Origin: the human T2T-CHM13v2.0 reference genome, Homo sapiens
Reading direction: 5' to 3' (one strand)
Assembly: GCF_009914755.1 (NCBI RefSeq)
Contig: NC_060926.1
Length of the DNA stretch: 64,000 nt
The position numbers and the translations under genes are program-made. Below the pieces are notes generated by a model, which worked only from the letters and a program-made list of their open reading frames with translations, ran no database searches and was not told where the DNA came from. Positions 17,901 through 31,743 of the stretch are shown one piece after another. Numbering within the stretch: position 1 is the first letter of the stretch; every line of letters starts with the position of its first letter.

Positions 17901-19122
17901 TTTGCCTTAATTTCTAGTAAAGGAATAGTAAATGACCCCACTTGTGTTTATATAAAAACCAATTTAGATGTTAATTCAAGTATCTTTGTGAGAAATTGAG
18001 AATTCAAATAACAGATATTTACTACAGTTACATAAAATTAATTTTTAAAATTTCCAAGATTTAAAATAGAATCAAGACACCTCTTTAAAAAAATACTAGG
18101 CTATGGGAAGCACTATCAATTTTAATAAAAGCTAAAATGCCAGTAACAGATCTATTTGTTTATTACCTTTCACTGCCAGATCAATGGTTGGTGAGATGCA
18201 CTGGCAAAAATGATATGAGGCTGATGTGTATCTTTTTTTCATTTGCCAATCAATTTTCTTCATATCAAGATATACCAAAAATGTTTGACTACATTTTTTG
18301 AAGTATTTCATTTAAAAAAAAATCAAATCGACTATCGAAAATACACCCAATCCTTCAGATTAACTTTAAGTGTATGTTCCAATTCTTAACACTAAATTTA
18401 TGGGTTATTAAATAATTACACTAAATTTGTTTGTTATTAAATAGCAACAGTGCTTCTGGTAAAAATGCAAGAACAAGAACCCTAAAATCTTCACTCTGGT
18501 GCCAAAAAGGAACTATTTCATAACACAATTCAGAGTGAGGTAGTCTCTACATAACGAGGTGTTTTCCCCATATTTACCACATCATTTATTTAATGTAGTC
18601 AAGTTTATGAAGCACTATGAAATTGCACAGCAAAGTGTTATATAAAATCCAAGATGCTATTATGTTAATATATATAAACAACAACCCTTCAAATACTACT
18701 ACAAAAGTATCTTAAGTCTAACTTTGAGAATATTAAAACTAATGATTTTTAATGAAAACTTCAGTAGCATTTTAGACTCTTGAGTTATTTATTTCCCAAG
18801 TGCTTTACTGTAATGTTCAATAGCAACTAAAGTTCTTTAAACAATTTCATTAAGAAATTATCTTAACACCTCAGGAAACATATCACTTAGAACTGCTTAT
18901 GTCTGTCTGTTCCTTTTTCCACTCTCCTAATCCTTTCCTTGCTATTATCTTTGGTTACATGACTATGGTTTCCGTAGTTTCTCCCAGCTTCCAGTATAGA
19001 CTATACCAGTAGAAATCTTCAGATTAGAGTGGGAGAACCATGTTCTAGGAAGATTATTGACCATCTTACACCATTCTACCCTATATCCCTGCAATGGCCA
19101 TAAGGGACTATAAAGAGATTAT

Positions 19123-19420
19123 GGCCAGGCATGGTGGCTCTCATCTGTAATCCCAGCACTTTGGGAGGCCGAGGTGGGCGGATCACCTGAAATCAAGAGT
19201 TGGAGACCAGCCTGGCCAGCATGGCAAAACCCCATCTCTACTAAATATACAAAAACTAGCCAGACGTGGTGGCACGTGCCTGTAATTCTAGCTACTAGGG
19301 AGGCTGAGGCAGGAGAATCGCTTGAAATCAGGAGGCAGAGTGAGCCAAGATGGCGCCATTGCACTCCAGCCTGGGCGACAGAGCGAGACTCCATCTCCAA
19401 AAAAAAGAGAGAGAGAGAGA
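19123..19420 (+). mobile_element. AluSx-like with (GA)n tail
   Basis: Dimeric Alu with a small right-arm deletion; TSD AGAGATTATG. Confidence 0.93.
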
Positions 19421-19929
19421 GATTATGAGTAAATTCTAGCTCTGCTGCTGATTCACTTCTTCTAATTATAGCCAAGTCCTCAAAAAATATATTAAAAGCA
19501 AATTAGTAGAAACATATTCTGAAATGTAACACAATTACTATGCTCAGGGAGATCAATTAATAACACTTCTCATAATTGTTTCTAAATCTCTGCTCTGCAT
19601 CCCTTTAAGCAGAAGAATTCAGGAGACAAAACTATTAGTTTAACTGGTGAGGCTAACTTACCCCTAACAGAAAAACAGGTCATCAGCTTGCCATGCATAA
19701 TGGCTGCTCAGGGAATAAAGATTTATGACACAGAAATAAGGTCACTTTGAAATATGCTTTTAGATTTAGATTTTGGCAAGGCTTCCAAATTTAAGAAAAA
19801 GACAAGGTGGTAGAGAGTTCTTATGAGGCTTATACAAGGAGATACTCAAATGGAATTGGGGAAAGCCATTCTGGGGCAAAGGTCTGTAGTCAATAGATAC
19901 CTGAAACCTAACTCTGTACTTCCCTTTAG

Positions 19930-20103
19930 AGGAGGGATTCTTTCTGGGTCTATGGATGAGATTCAGGGAATTGGCGAAGCCTCTGAAATTTTAAGCCAAA
20001 TGTCACATGCATGCACATATGTGCATTTTTCCTGGTGAAAGCATTCAGAGCTTTTGTAAAATCTCAGAGGCCCCTTGATTAAGAAAATTTAAGAGAAATA
20101 CTG
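19930..20103 (+). mobile_element. MER103C-like hAT MITE
   Basis: gggtctatggatgagattcaggg...ctgaaatt...tgtgcatttttcctgg...tctcagagg...ttaagagaaatactg. Confidence 0.6.
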
Positions 20104-21609
20104 TACTTGATAGAGCCTTTGTAATAATGAATTCACTGCACAATGATATTCTCAATTCCCTTATATCTTAGGGTATTTTATAGTCTCCTGTAGTGAATGG
20201 AGCAGAATTCAATAAAAATGAAGTTCTTATGATTCATATAATACTGGGGGATTGCTAAAAATGTCCATGTATTTTAATTGCTATCGCTGGACCCAAGATG
20301 TCAGAAATCTTTAAACTTTTTATTATAGTATAACACATACGCAGAAAAGAACATTAATCAAAGGTGAACATTTTGTCAACATTTTTTAAATCTAGGAATT
20401 TAAACTGCTCATGAGAAGATGATGTACATAGCTGAGATCAAGAAACCACAAGAAGATCACATACAAGACTCACAAACTAAGCTTATGGATACATTTATAG
20501 GTTTGCCCCTCTAGTCTCTCCTAATGACACCTAAGCTACTTGTTATGGGATGTACATACACCCTTCCAGTGATAGAAGGGTGAGGAGTGAACTGAAAGCA
20601 GATTCAGAAAGATGTTTCATTGTATAAAGGAGCTTAAAGTACATGCAGATCTTTGTCCAAATTGAGCTGGGTTTGAGGATTAGGGCCGACTGAATCAATA
20701 AAGTTCATAAATATCTACAAGACAGAATAGTTTGTCTTCATCAGACACATAGCCCACCCGTCTTTATAACTACCAGTTCACTACATACAAGAACCTCAAA
20801 TTATTATTATTCATCATTTGCTTAACAGTAAAATTTTTAGTTTTCCCTTTTAAAAACATATTTTTCAATTACTATAAAATGATATTTTATATCCTGCCCC
20901 TTACCTGCCCAAATCTAAACTGTACGTGAATGTGAAGATTTAAACCATATAAAATTTTTTAAATGATTCCATAAAATACTTCTACCTTTGCCCTGCACAC
21001 TCCCACTGCATTATTTTATCAAAGACCATGTCTCAATTAACCACTATCTGACCCTTGTTCACTTTCTTCCCTCCCCTCCCCCTGCCAAAGTTTGCCCTTC
21101 CTGCCAAAGTTCAGCACTTCCTAGAAAAGTCTCACTGCCTGTTTGATATTGTACTTCACTTTAGTCACCAAAGGAAGAATTTGCAGGTGCTTGGCCCCAT
21201 CTATAAGACCATGACCGAAATCTGACCTCCTGTTACAATACATGAACTCCTGACCTACTGATAAGGCTGGCAGATATAAGTAGGATTTTTCAAATAATCC
21301 TTTGGGAATTTATAAGCAGCAAAGCCATAAAAGGGGGGTGAGTGGAAGGTCGGTTTCACTAAAAATAATAAATATTGCCATGTTTATTCAAAGAGTGCCT
21401 TGTTATCCTCCAGGCCAAAAGTTCAGATAAACACTATTGTAAATGACAAAATATTAGAACTTTTTGTTACTTATGTTATGATCCTTCCGTTGGACACCAA
21501 TAGAACTGTTTTCCCTCATATAGGTCCCAGCCCTGATATTGTGTAACAGTCTCCGTGACTAGAATACTGAATTCATCTGCAGGTCAAAAGGAGAGTAATT
21601 ATCGTTCAA

Positions 21610-23040
21610 AATCAAAAACAAACATTTACTGATTATTACATACTACTAATACTAAGTGCTAAGTACTGGGACTAAAAAGAGGTGAATAAATATAATACCT
21701 GCCCTAAAAGAGCTTACAATCTATTGAGGAAAAACAACATATTTAGAATATGATGATATAATAAAGTTAAGCAGTAATATAAATATACACTGAATCCTAT
21801 GTGAAGGAGTAGGGGGTCCACTGAGTTCAAGCTGAAACATTAGAAAAAACTGCTGGATGACACAAGTAAAAAATAAATAAGTGTGTGAACCCGGGAGGCG
21901 GAGCTTGCAGTGAGCCAAGATCGCGCCACTGCACTCCAACCTGGGCGACAGAGTGAGACGCTGTCTCAAAAAATAAAAATAAAAAAATTTAAATAAATAA
22001 GAACTAGTAAGATAAATGAGAATAGTAATTCAGGTAGAAGGGAAAGAATGAGAGGCATACATTCAAAGAATTGGAAGCATTTTAGTATCATTAAAGTAAA
22101 GTAAGAAAATATGGATGATAAGACATGGAAGACCGTCTATACTTTTATATACTATATTGTATTCTATACTTCTACATTTTACTCCACAGATAACCAATCA
22201 CAGAATTGTAAGCAGCTAACATATATATCAGATTTGTATGTTGAATAGATTATTATGACTATAATGAGAACTGAGTTAAGGGCTTAAGATAATGGTAGGG
22301 AGACCAGATAAGGAGACGATTTTCAATAATTCTGATGAGAATCTGAACTAGGGCAATAATTTTAGGATAGGAAAAGATGAGATGGAGTAAAACTGTATTT
22401 AGGAAATAACATTTGGAGATTGGATGGTATTCAGAAAAACCCAAGAGTTTATGTTTCTGGCTGGTGACTACATAGATGATACTATTATCTGACATAACTA
22501 AAAATGCAGATGGGCAGGAGGGGCAAGACATAATGCCTTCATTTTAAAACACAGGGAGATACAGAGTTTATGCTGCCTGTGAATATCCGAAAGGTTCTGT
22601 TCACTAGGCAATACATATAAGTCCAAAGCTCAAGGGAAAGCTGAGGACTAAAGATATAGGTTTGGAAGTCATTAGGGTTCCAAATCATGAGAATAGAGTA
22701 TATCATTCAAGAAAGGCAAGACACAAAGAAAAGTGGGACAAGGGTAAAACCCTGGGAACAATGAAGGACACTAAGAAGAAGAAAAGCTCACAAAGACCAA
22801 AACAGGCAACAAGTATCAGAAAGGCTGGTAGAGAATTAGAAAAACATACTGTAAAAGAAGACAGAGATTAAGAATTATAAGGCAAAAATGATCAACAAAG
22901 TTGGAGCCAAAAGGTCCAGGAAAATACAGTTTCAGGATAGTGCTAAGAACAGAAGATAAATATACAGGGTTGATGAGAGAATGAAAAGGGAAGAAGTAGA
23001 GACAAGCATTAGAATGTAAAGGAATGCGAGAGATATGGTT
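21610..23040 (-). mobile_element. L2 relic interrupted by a truncated Alu
   Basis: Purine-rich degenerate L2 signatures (cctgccctaaaagagcttacaatcta; gggagaccagataaggag; ttggaagtcattagg). Confidence 0.6.
21884..21990 (+). mobile_element. 5'-truncated AluY (right-arm 3' part)
   Basis: gtgaacccgggaggcggagcttgcagtgag (Y diagnostic); TSD AAATAAATAAG at 21871-21881 and 21991-22001. Confidence 0.9.
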
Positions 23041-23866
23041 TATTTTCTCCTCAATCCCCGTTTCTCTATTCCTAAATCCTTTTTCTTAAGTTCCAACAGT
23101 AATATTAATTATATTACAAAATAAGAAAAAAAAATTACAAACATTTATATTAAGTAATCCATTTTTTAAAAATCTTTGTAATTAATATTATGAGGAACTA
23201 TCCTTTACCATGCAGTAATGCCAATTTGTGACTTGAGAATGGGATAACAAAGAAAGAGAGGTAACAAATTACAGCCCCAAAAAGGCTATGAAGAGTCAGC
23301 ACTAGAAGTTATACATGCTTTGCTCCTTCCTTTTCTAATGGAGATATCTGAGTATTTATTTAAAGTCCCTATAGACCTAGAAAATCAATGTCCAGAAAAT
23401 AAACATACATTCTCCAGAAAATAGAACTGAGTTTCTACCACTAACTGTACCTTTTCAAAACTAGGAACTACTGTGAATGGGAGAAGAGACCTGTTTCTGC
23501 CATATAATCAATGCCTTATTAATTGCTATAGAAAATTTATGAATATAAAATACTTCAACAGTAGGGAATATTACTGTGTATAATTTACTTTTAAATGGGC
23601 AGTTTAAGGTCTTCCTGCTTTTCTAGAGCTTTATCATCTCTAAATAATAACCAGTATGCCTTAGTTTCTACATAGCTTAGGACTACATATGGTCATCGTA
23701 CAATTAAGAATATGTAAATTTTTAAAAATTTGTATATTGACGACAGAGACCAGAACCCCTATCTACATGTCTATAGTTTATGCCAAACACTTTTAAAAAT
23801 ACCAATACTGTGTCTAACCATTAGCATCAGAGATACATAACAATTACGAGATAACTGCCATTTATT

Positions 23867-23944
23867 TTTTTTTTATTTTATTTTTTTTTTTTGAGACGGA
23901 GTCTCACCCTGTTGCCCAGGCTGAAGTGCAATGGCGCGATCTTG
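23867..23944 (-). mobile_element. Severely 5'-truncated Alu (about 50 nt of body plus tail)
   Basis: Perfect 17-bp TSD GATAACTGCCATTTATT at 23850-23866 and 23945-23961. Confidence 0.9.
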
Positions 23945-24163
23945 GATAACTGCCATTTATTAAATGACAATTATGCATGCAAGTGACTGAGTTAGGCACT
24001 ATTTATTCAATTTATTAATTGTACTATGTAGGTAATTATTATCCTATTTCATGTATGAGAAAGGTAGCCTAACAACATACAACTAGTAAATGTGTGATTA
24101 AATTATTTCAATACTCATGAGTCACCACTGGAGTTCACTTGAGCAAAATCTGTCATATTTTAA

Positions 24164-24751
<588 letters not shown>

Positions 24752-27698
24752 ATTAAAATCTTAATAGCTTATAAAAACTAGCATACACACAGTGATGAGA
24801 TACAATGCGGTCATACTATAATCATTCAAAGAATGTAACTTCTCTCCTGGTGTAATGTAATCATATTAAAGCATAAGGCATTAACTTTTATACATCCTTG
24901 CTTCTCCAAATTGATTTCATGAAGAAGAGAAATTCAGTAAGTTTTTTTAAACAAGGAAACAAATAATAAGATTTGAGTTAACATATGTTCAAACAAATGT
25001 ACTAGATTCTTTAGTTACCACTTATTTATTCATTCAACTATTTAATAATATTTACTGAGTACTTACCACATGCCAAGTAATGTTGGTACTGGCGGATATA
25101 ACATTAAACAAAATAAACTAGCCATTTCACAGACCTTATGTTATTTGAGGGAAAAAAATTCATTAAATTTTTAATTATGAGGCTTACTCTTAACCTTAAA
25201 ACTTGATGTGAATAAACATGATTATTTTTCTATAGACTATTGGCTTAATTACAACTGTGAACTCCCTTATCCAAACATACGATTGAAGAGAGTAAACAAA
25301 ATAATGAAGCACAGAAACAAAATGTTAAGGAAGAAAGGAGTCAGTGTGTGGCAAAGGAAAAATGCATATTATTGCATGTGTGAGTTCTACACAACTTTCA
25401 AGGAACAGATAACTCTTATATAAGTTGTTTCATAAAATAGAAAAAAGGGGGAGATGTCCAACTAATTTTAATGAGGCTAAAACAACACTGACTTACAAAT
25501 CATCTAAGGACAACACACCAAAAATGAAAATTTCAGGGCTGTATTACATATGGCCAAACCACAAACACAAAAATAAAAAATAAAGCAACAACAAAAAGGA
25601 GTTAAATTCTACAGGATGTTATAAAAGTAGTAACACATGCTCATCAAATTGAGTTTATCTAATAAACACAAGGATATTAATATCAAAAAAAATCTATCAA
25701 TGAAATTCACCATATTCATAAACTAAAGAATAAATATATTAATATGTATAGAAAACTAATTCAATAAAATTCAACAGACATTTATGTTTTCTTAAAAGAT
25801 TATCAAGAGTCTAGGAATAACTAAATAAAAATTATTTACCAAAAAGCTATATAATGATTAATCAATGAAAAAAGTCAGATATATTCTCTTTAAGATTAGA
25901 AATCAGACAAAGAGTCTTACTATCACCTTACTGAACAACAAAGCAATGATGATTCCAGTCAATACAGTAAGACAATAAAAAGAATAATGAGATATAGGAA
26001 AAAAAAGTCACTATCTACAGACAATATGATTGACTACACAGAAAACTTAGGAACCCAAATGACTATTAGAACCAATAAAAGAGTTGAGCAAGGTTTCTAG
26101 ATGTGAGATCAACCTATAAAAATCAATAGTTTTCCTCAATATCAGCAATAACTAATTAGAAAATAAAGTAGAAAACCACAACAAAAACTAAGTATTTTGC
26201 TATTTATCTAACAAAGAATGCCCAAAACTATTAACATGAGGTTGGGGGAAAGCTCAATTAAATAATTTAAAAGATCTTCCTCTTCCATGACTGGGATGAC
26301 TTAGCATTATGAAACTGTTAATTCTTCCAAAATGTAACTACAAATTCAATCAATTCAAATCAAAATTCTAGAAGGACTTTTTGAATAATCTCAAACTTAC
26401 TATAACATATATATGGAAAAATAAAGATCTATAAATAGCTAATGCAATTTTAAAGAAGAGACATGAGAAGGGACTTATTTTATACCATCTATATTTTGAT
26501 ATATTATAAAATATAACAAAAAATGAGCTCAGAAACAGAACAATGTAAATATTGAAATTTAGTATATGCCAGAGGTACTACCAGAAATCACTAAGTGACA
26601 TACAGATTATGTAGTAGATGGAATTGATAAAACTGAATTCATCATATGGAAAAAAATAAAGCCTCATATTATACAAGAGGTCTTAAAAAGTTCATGGAAA
26701 ATGCATATTATAAAAACACTATGCAGGAATTTCAAAATATTTTACACCAAAATAAGCTTGTACTAACTTGTTATAATATGTCTGAACAGGATCTAGTTTG
26801 AGGCACTAAAAAGTATAAGACATCAATTTGAAAAGAGCCTCTATTGGAGCAACATGAATTCTGCTAAAATTGAAGCAAGCACAAATATCAAATTTATGGT
26901 AAAACTTGGGTAGAAGAATGGTGAAATCATTGAAGCTTTACAAAAAGTTTATAAAGACAATGCCCCAAAGAAATCAGCAGCTTATAAGTGGATATTTGTT
27001 TTAAGAAGGGATGAGACAATTTTGAAAATGAAGCCTGCAGTGACAGACCATTCACATCAATTTTTGAGAAAACAATCTTGTTTGTGCCCTAATTAAAGAG
27101 GACTGATAATTAACAGTACAAACAATAGCCAACACCATAGACATCTCAATAGCTTTAGATTACACAATTCTCCCTGAAAAATGGAAGTCAAGCAGACTTT
27201 CCACTCAATGCAAAACCACTGCACTCAGATCCACTGCAGAAAAGAGCAGAGAACTTTCAATGGAAATTTTTAAAAAGTGGGGGATCAAGATCCTGAACCA
27301 TTTATGATATGGTTTGGCTCTGTGTCCCCAACCAAATCTCACCTCAAATTGTAATCCCTATGTGTCAAGGGAGGGAAGTGATTAGATTATGGGGGCAGTT
27401 TCCCCCATGCTGTTCTCATGATAGTGAGTGAGTCTCACAAGATCTGATGGTTTTAAAATGGCAATTTTTCCTGTCCTCACATTCATTCTCTTTCCTGCCA
27501 CCTTGTGAAGAAGTTGCCTGCTTCCCCTTCACCTTTCACCACAATTATAAGTTTCCTGAGGCTGCCTAGCCATGCTTCCTGTTAGGCCTGCAGCACTGTG
27601 AGTCAATTAAACCTCTTTTCTTTATAATTACCCAGTCTCAGGTAGTGTTCTTTTCTTGAGTGAGTTCACATTGCATATGTAAGTTCTACACAACTTTC

Positions 27699-28593
27699 TT
27701 TGTTTTTATTTTTTATTTTTTTATTATACTCTAAGTTCCAGGGTACATGTGCACAACATGCAGGTTTGTTACATAGCTATACACGTGCCATGTTGGTTTG
27801 CTGCACCCATCAACTCGTCATTTACATTAGGTATTTCTCCTAATGCTATCCCTCCCCCAGACCCCCAACCCCTGACAGGCCCCAGTGTGTGATGTTCCCC
27901 GCCCTGTGTCCATGTGTTCTCATTGTTCAACTCCCACCTATGAGTGAGAACATGTGGTGTTTGGTTTTCTGTCCTTGTGATAGTTTGCTTAGAATGACAG
28001 TTTCCAGCTTCATCCATGTCCCTGCAAAGGACATGAACTCATGCTTTTTTATGGCTGCATAGTATTCCATGGTGTATATGTGCCACATTTTCTTAACCCA
28101 GTCTATCATTGATGGACATTTGGGTTGTTTCCAAGTTTTTGCTATTGTGAACAGTGCCACAATAAACATACTTGTGCATATGTCTTTATAGTAGCATGAT
28201 TTATAATCCTTTGGGTATATACCCAGTAATGGGATGGCTGGGTCAAATGGTATTTCTAGTTCTAGATCCTTAAGGAATTGCCACACTGTCTTCCCCAATG
28301 GTTGAACTAATTTACACTTCCACCAACAGTGTAAAAGCATTCCTATTTCTCCACATTCTCTCCAGCATCTGTTGTTTCCTGACTTTTTAATGATCACCAT
28401 TCTAACTGGTGTGAGATGGTATCTCATTGTGGTTTTGATTTGCATTTCTCTGATGACCAGTGATGATGAGCATTTTTTCATATGTCTGTTGGCTGCATAA
28501 ATGTCTTCTTTTCAGAAGTGTCTGTTCATATCCTTTGCCCACTTTTTATGGGGTTGTCTGTTTTTTTCTTATAAATTTAGTTTCTTTTGCTGG
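27699..28593 (-). mobile_element. 5'-truncated L1PA (PA5-PA7-like)
   Basis: ORF 27927-28481 is the L1 ORF2 C-terminal CCHC region; 17-bp TSD AGTTCYACACAACTTTC at 27682-27698 and 28594-28610. Confidence 0.95.
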
Positions 28594-28620
28594 AGTTCCA
28601 CACAACTTTCAAGGGACAGA

Positions 28621-28899
28621 GTGAGTCCCCAGCTTTGTTGCCCAGGCTGGAGTGCAGTAGCATGATCTCGGCTCACTACAACCTCCACATCCCAGATTCA
28701 AACAATTTTCCTGCCTCAGCCTCCTGAGTAGCTGGGATTACAGGCACCCAGCACCACGCCTGGCTAATTTTTGTATTTTTAGTAGAGACAGAGTTTCACC
28801 ATGTTGCCAGGCTGGTCTCAAACTCCTGACCTCAAGCAATCCACCTGTCTCAGCCTCCCAAACTGCTGGGATTACAGGCATGAGCCACTGCACCCGGCC
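28621..28899 (-). mobile_element. AluS inserted in the LTR (tail remnant at ~27654-27669)
   Basis: Reverse Alu body; TSD TCAGGYAGTGTTCTTT at 27638-27653 and 28900-28915. Confidence 0.92.
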
Positions 28900-30244
28900 T
28901 CAGGCAGTGTTCTTTATAGCAGTGTGACAACAGACTAATACAGTTTCCTTGAAGAACTATAGCAGAAGAGAAACATGGCTTTCCCAGTACAATCCTGAAG
29001 ACAAGGCACAATCAAAGCAATGGCTACTAAAAGATGAAAGTAGTCCAGTCAAAGCAAAAGCAGACCAGTCAAGAGCAAAGGTCGAGGCAACAGATTTTTG
29101 AAATGCTAAAGGCATTTTTCTTGTTGACTTTCTGGAAGACCAAAGAACAATGACACCTGCTTGTTATGAGACTTTTAGCCAAAGCTCTAGAAGAGCTATG
29201 CCTGGGAAAGCTTCACTATATAGTCCTTCTCCACTACAGCAATGCTTCTGCTCATTCCCCTTATCAAATGAGGGCAATTTTGCCAGAGTTTCAATGGGAA
29301 ATCATTAGACATTCACTTTATAGTCCTGATTTAGCTTCTTCTGACTTCTTTTTGTTTCCTATTTTTAAAAAGCCTTTAAAGAGCAACTATCTTTCTTCAG
29401 TTAGTAATGTACAAAAGACTACGTTGACATGGTTAAATTTCTAGGACCCTCAGTTCTTTAGAGATGGGCTAAATGGCTAGTATAATTGCTTACAAAAGTG
29501 TCTTAAACTTGATGGAGCTTCTGTTGAAAAACAAAGTTTATATTTTTTATTTTTATGTTTTAGTTTCTTTTTTCCATGAACTTCCTAAAGTCCCCTTATA
29601 TACAATGATGAACCTAAGATGGGTTAAGATGAAAATCTAAATGGTAAAATATTAAATGTAGTATAAAGTAAATACTCTGTGACAGCAGGATAAAGAGGTA
29701 TTTTAAAAAAAAACTCAAAAGTTTAAACTTATATGGCTAAAATTGATGGATGTGATTACATGGAAACTAAATATTTCTGTTTCATTGAACATAACATAGA
29801 CATAGTTTAGAGTCTGGTGACAAATTGTGAAAAAAGGACATTTTAAACATTCTAAACTGTCAGTATCTACAATATATGAGGAATTTCTGAAATTTCTCTT
29901 TCAGAAAGGAGGGAAAAAAACAAGAAACCCGATTAAAAAAAATGAACAAAGGTTAAAAATAAGCACTTTATAGAATAAAAATCTAAAAAGATCCACTAGT
30001 CTATAAAGAAAAGCACAATTTTTACTAATAACCAGAGAAATGCAAACTAGATCCATAGCGCAACATCATCTGAGTAAATTAAAAGCACATACATATACAA
30101 ATCACTATATATTTTTCAAGGATATTTACACATCTATGACCATATATTACATATATTAGTGTTATTATTCTTGGAGATGAGAGACAACTGGGCTTGTAAA
30201 CAATGAATGAATGGAAAAAAATATAATGAAACAAAATAAAATCC

Positions 30245-30264
30245 GGGGGGGGGGGGGGGGGGGG
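30245..30264 (+). repeat. G20 homopolymer
   Basis: 20 consecutive G. Confidence 0.97.
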
Positions 30265-30419
30265 CCTTTATGAACTGATAATAGAGTGTCACAGTCTAAG
30301 ATGTATATGATTTCTTATCTATACCTGTGATTGAAAAAGATTGTCAAATTGTTTTAGATGCCTTGATACAATTCAATCTACATTTGGCTTCACCTTTATA
30401 TAACATGAATGGTACATGT

Positions 30420-30779
30420 GCAGCCATAAAAAAGAATGAGATCATGTCTTTTGCAGGAACATGGATGGAGCAGGAGACTGTTATCCTCAGCAAACTAATG
30501 CAGGAACAGAAAAACAAATATCCCATGTTCTCACTTATAAGTGGGGGCTAAATGACAAGAACTTATGAACACAAAGAAGGAAACAATAGACAGTAAGGTC
30601 TACTTGAGGGTGGAGGGTGGAGGATGGGAGGAGAGAGAGAAGCAGAAAAGATAATTTTTGGGTACTGGGCTTAATTGCTGGGTAATGAAATAATCTATAC
30701 AACAAACCCCCGTGACATGAGTTTACCTATGTAACAAACCTTCACATGTATCCCCAAACCTAAATTTTTTTTAAAAAAA
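30420..30779 (+). mobile_element. 5'-truncated L1PA13-like 3' end
   Basis: [20 protein letters not shown]2 end plus 3'UTR; imperfect TSD GAATKGTACAT at 30407-30417 and 30780-30790. Confidence 0.88.
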
Positions 30780-31219
30780 GAATTGTACATATATCAGACA
30801 ATATTAATTTTATTTTTGTTAAAAGTGTCCGAAAATACACAGAACATAAATAATGGTGGGCTCTAGGTGTGAAATCGTAGGCAATTATAATTTTATTTTC
30901 ATGTATTATGTTTTATTTCATTTTTGTAACTTTAAAATTTCTAAATGAGTATATGTTACTTTAGTAGTAAGATATTCAGAGCTTCTTTATAAAACCAAAA
31001 AAAAAAAGAATGTCTTCTGAGAAATTGCTGCTACTGCAATATTAAATTCAATTCTAATGCCTCTCCACTGTTACATGATTCTAGTATGGACATTTAAACC
31101 TGTGAGACATACTTATATTCAAATGTAAATACAAAAATCACATTATAAGGCTACACATTATTTTTAGTATTCACTATTTTAACCACCTATTTAAAAAAAA
31201 ACAGCAAGGAATTGTAGAT

Positions 31220-31315
31220 TGAGAGAGAGGGAGTGTAAAGGGAGGGAAGACAGAGGAGAAAGAGAGAAGAAAAGAGGAAGATGAAGAAGTGGGCAAGAGA
31301 GGGAGAGAAGAGGAA
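31220..31315. repeat. GA-rich low-complexity tract
   Basis: Nearly pure purine run. Confidence 0.7.
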
Positions 31316-31446
31316 ACTACCTGATTTTTAATCTAACCAATAAAACTACCACAAAATATTTCAGACCATAAAGTCCATAGCTCAGTATCCCAAATTGTCA
31401 GGAGTAATGACAAAGTGGTACTATGTTAAATATATGAACAAAGAGA

Positions 31447-31743
<297 letters not shown>

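Larger units (their letters stand above)
27305..28942 (+). mobile_element. THE1D/MSTA-type MaLR solo LTR (27305-27653 and 28900-28942) inside HSMAR2
   Basis: TGATATGGTTTGGCTCTGTGTCCCC start and CAGACTAATACA end; HSMAR2 sequence resumes seamlessly after it. Confidence 0.9.
26674..29598 (+). mobile_element. Full-length HSMAR2 mariner transposon (dead transposase), interrupted at 27305-28942
   Basis: TA-flanked TIRs CAAGAGGTCTTAAAAAGTTCATGGAAAA and TTTTCCATGAACTTCCTAAAGTCCCCTTA. Transposase start MNSAKIEA at ~26864. ORF 29166-29444 has mariner motifs HYSNASAHS and HSLYSPDLASSDFFLFP (consensus HPPYSPDLAPSD). Confidence 0.95.
25340..30240 (+). mobile_element. Old L1M ORF2 relic split by the HSMAR2 nest (pieces ~25340-26671 and ~29600-30240)
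   Basis: A-rich degenerate RT-region sequence (ataaaattcaaca; tacagacaatatgattg..tacacagaaaac; ccatgactgggatgacttagcattatgaaa). Confidence 0.65.

Noticed and set aside
27927-28481. 184-aa ORF, the longest in the track
   Set aside because: C-terminal fragment of L1 ORF2 in a 5'-truncated L1PA, not a host gene.
29166-29444. 92-aa mariner transposase ORF as a possible domesticated gene
   Set aside because: Short fragment with degenerate catalytic motifs (HYSNAS for HHDNAP); upstream part has stops, frameshifts and a 1.6-kb insertion.
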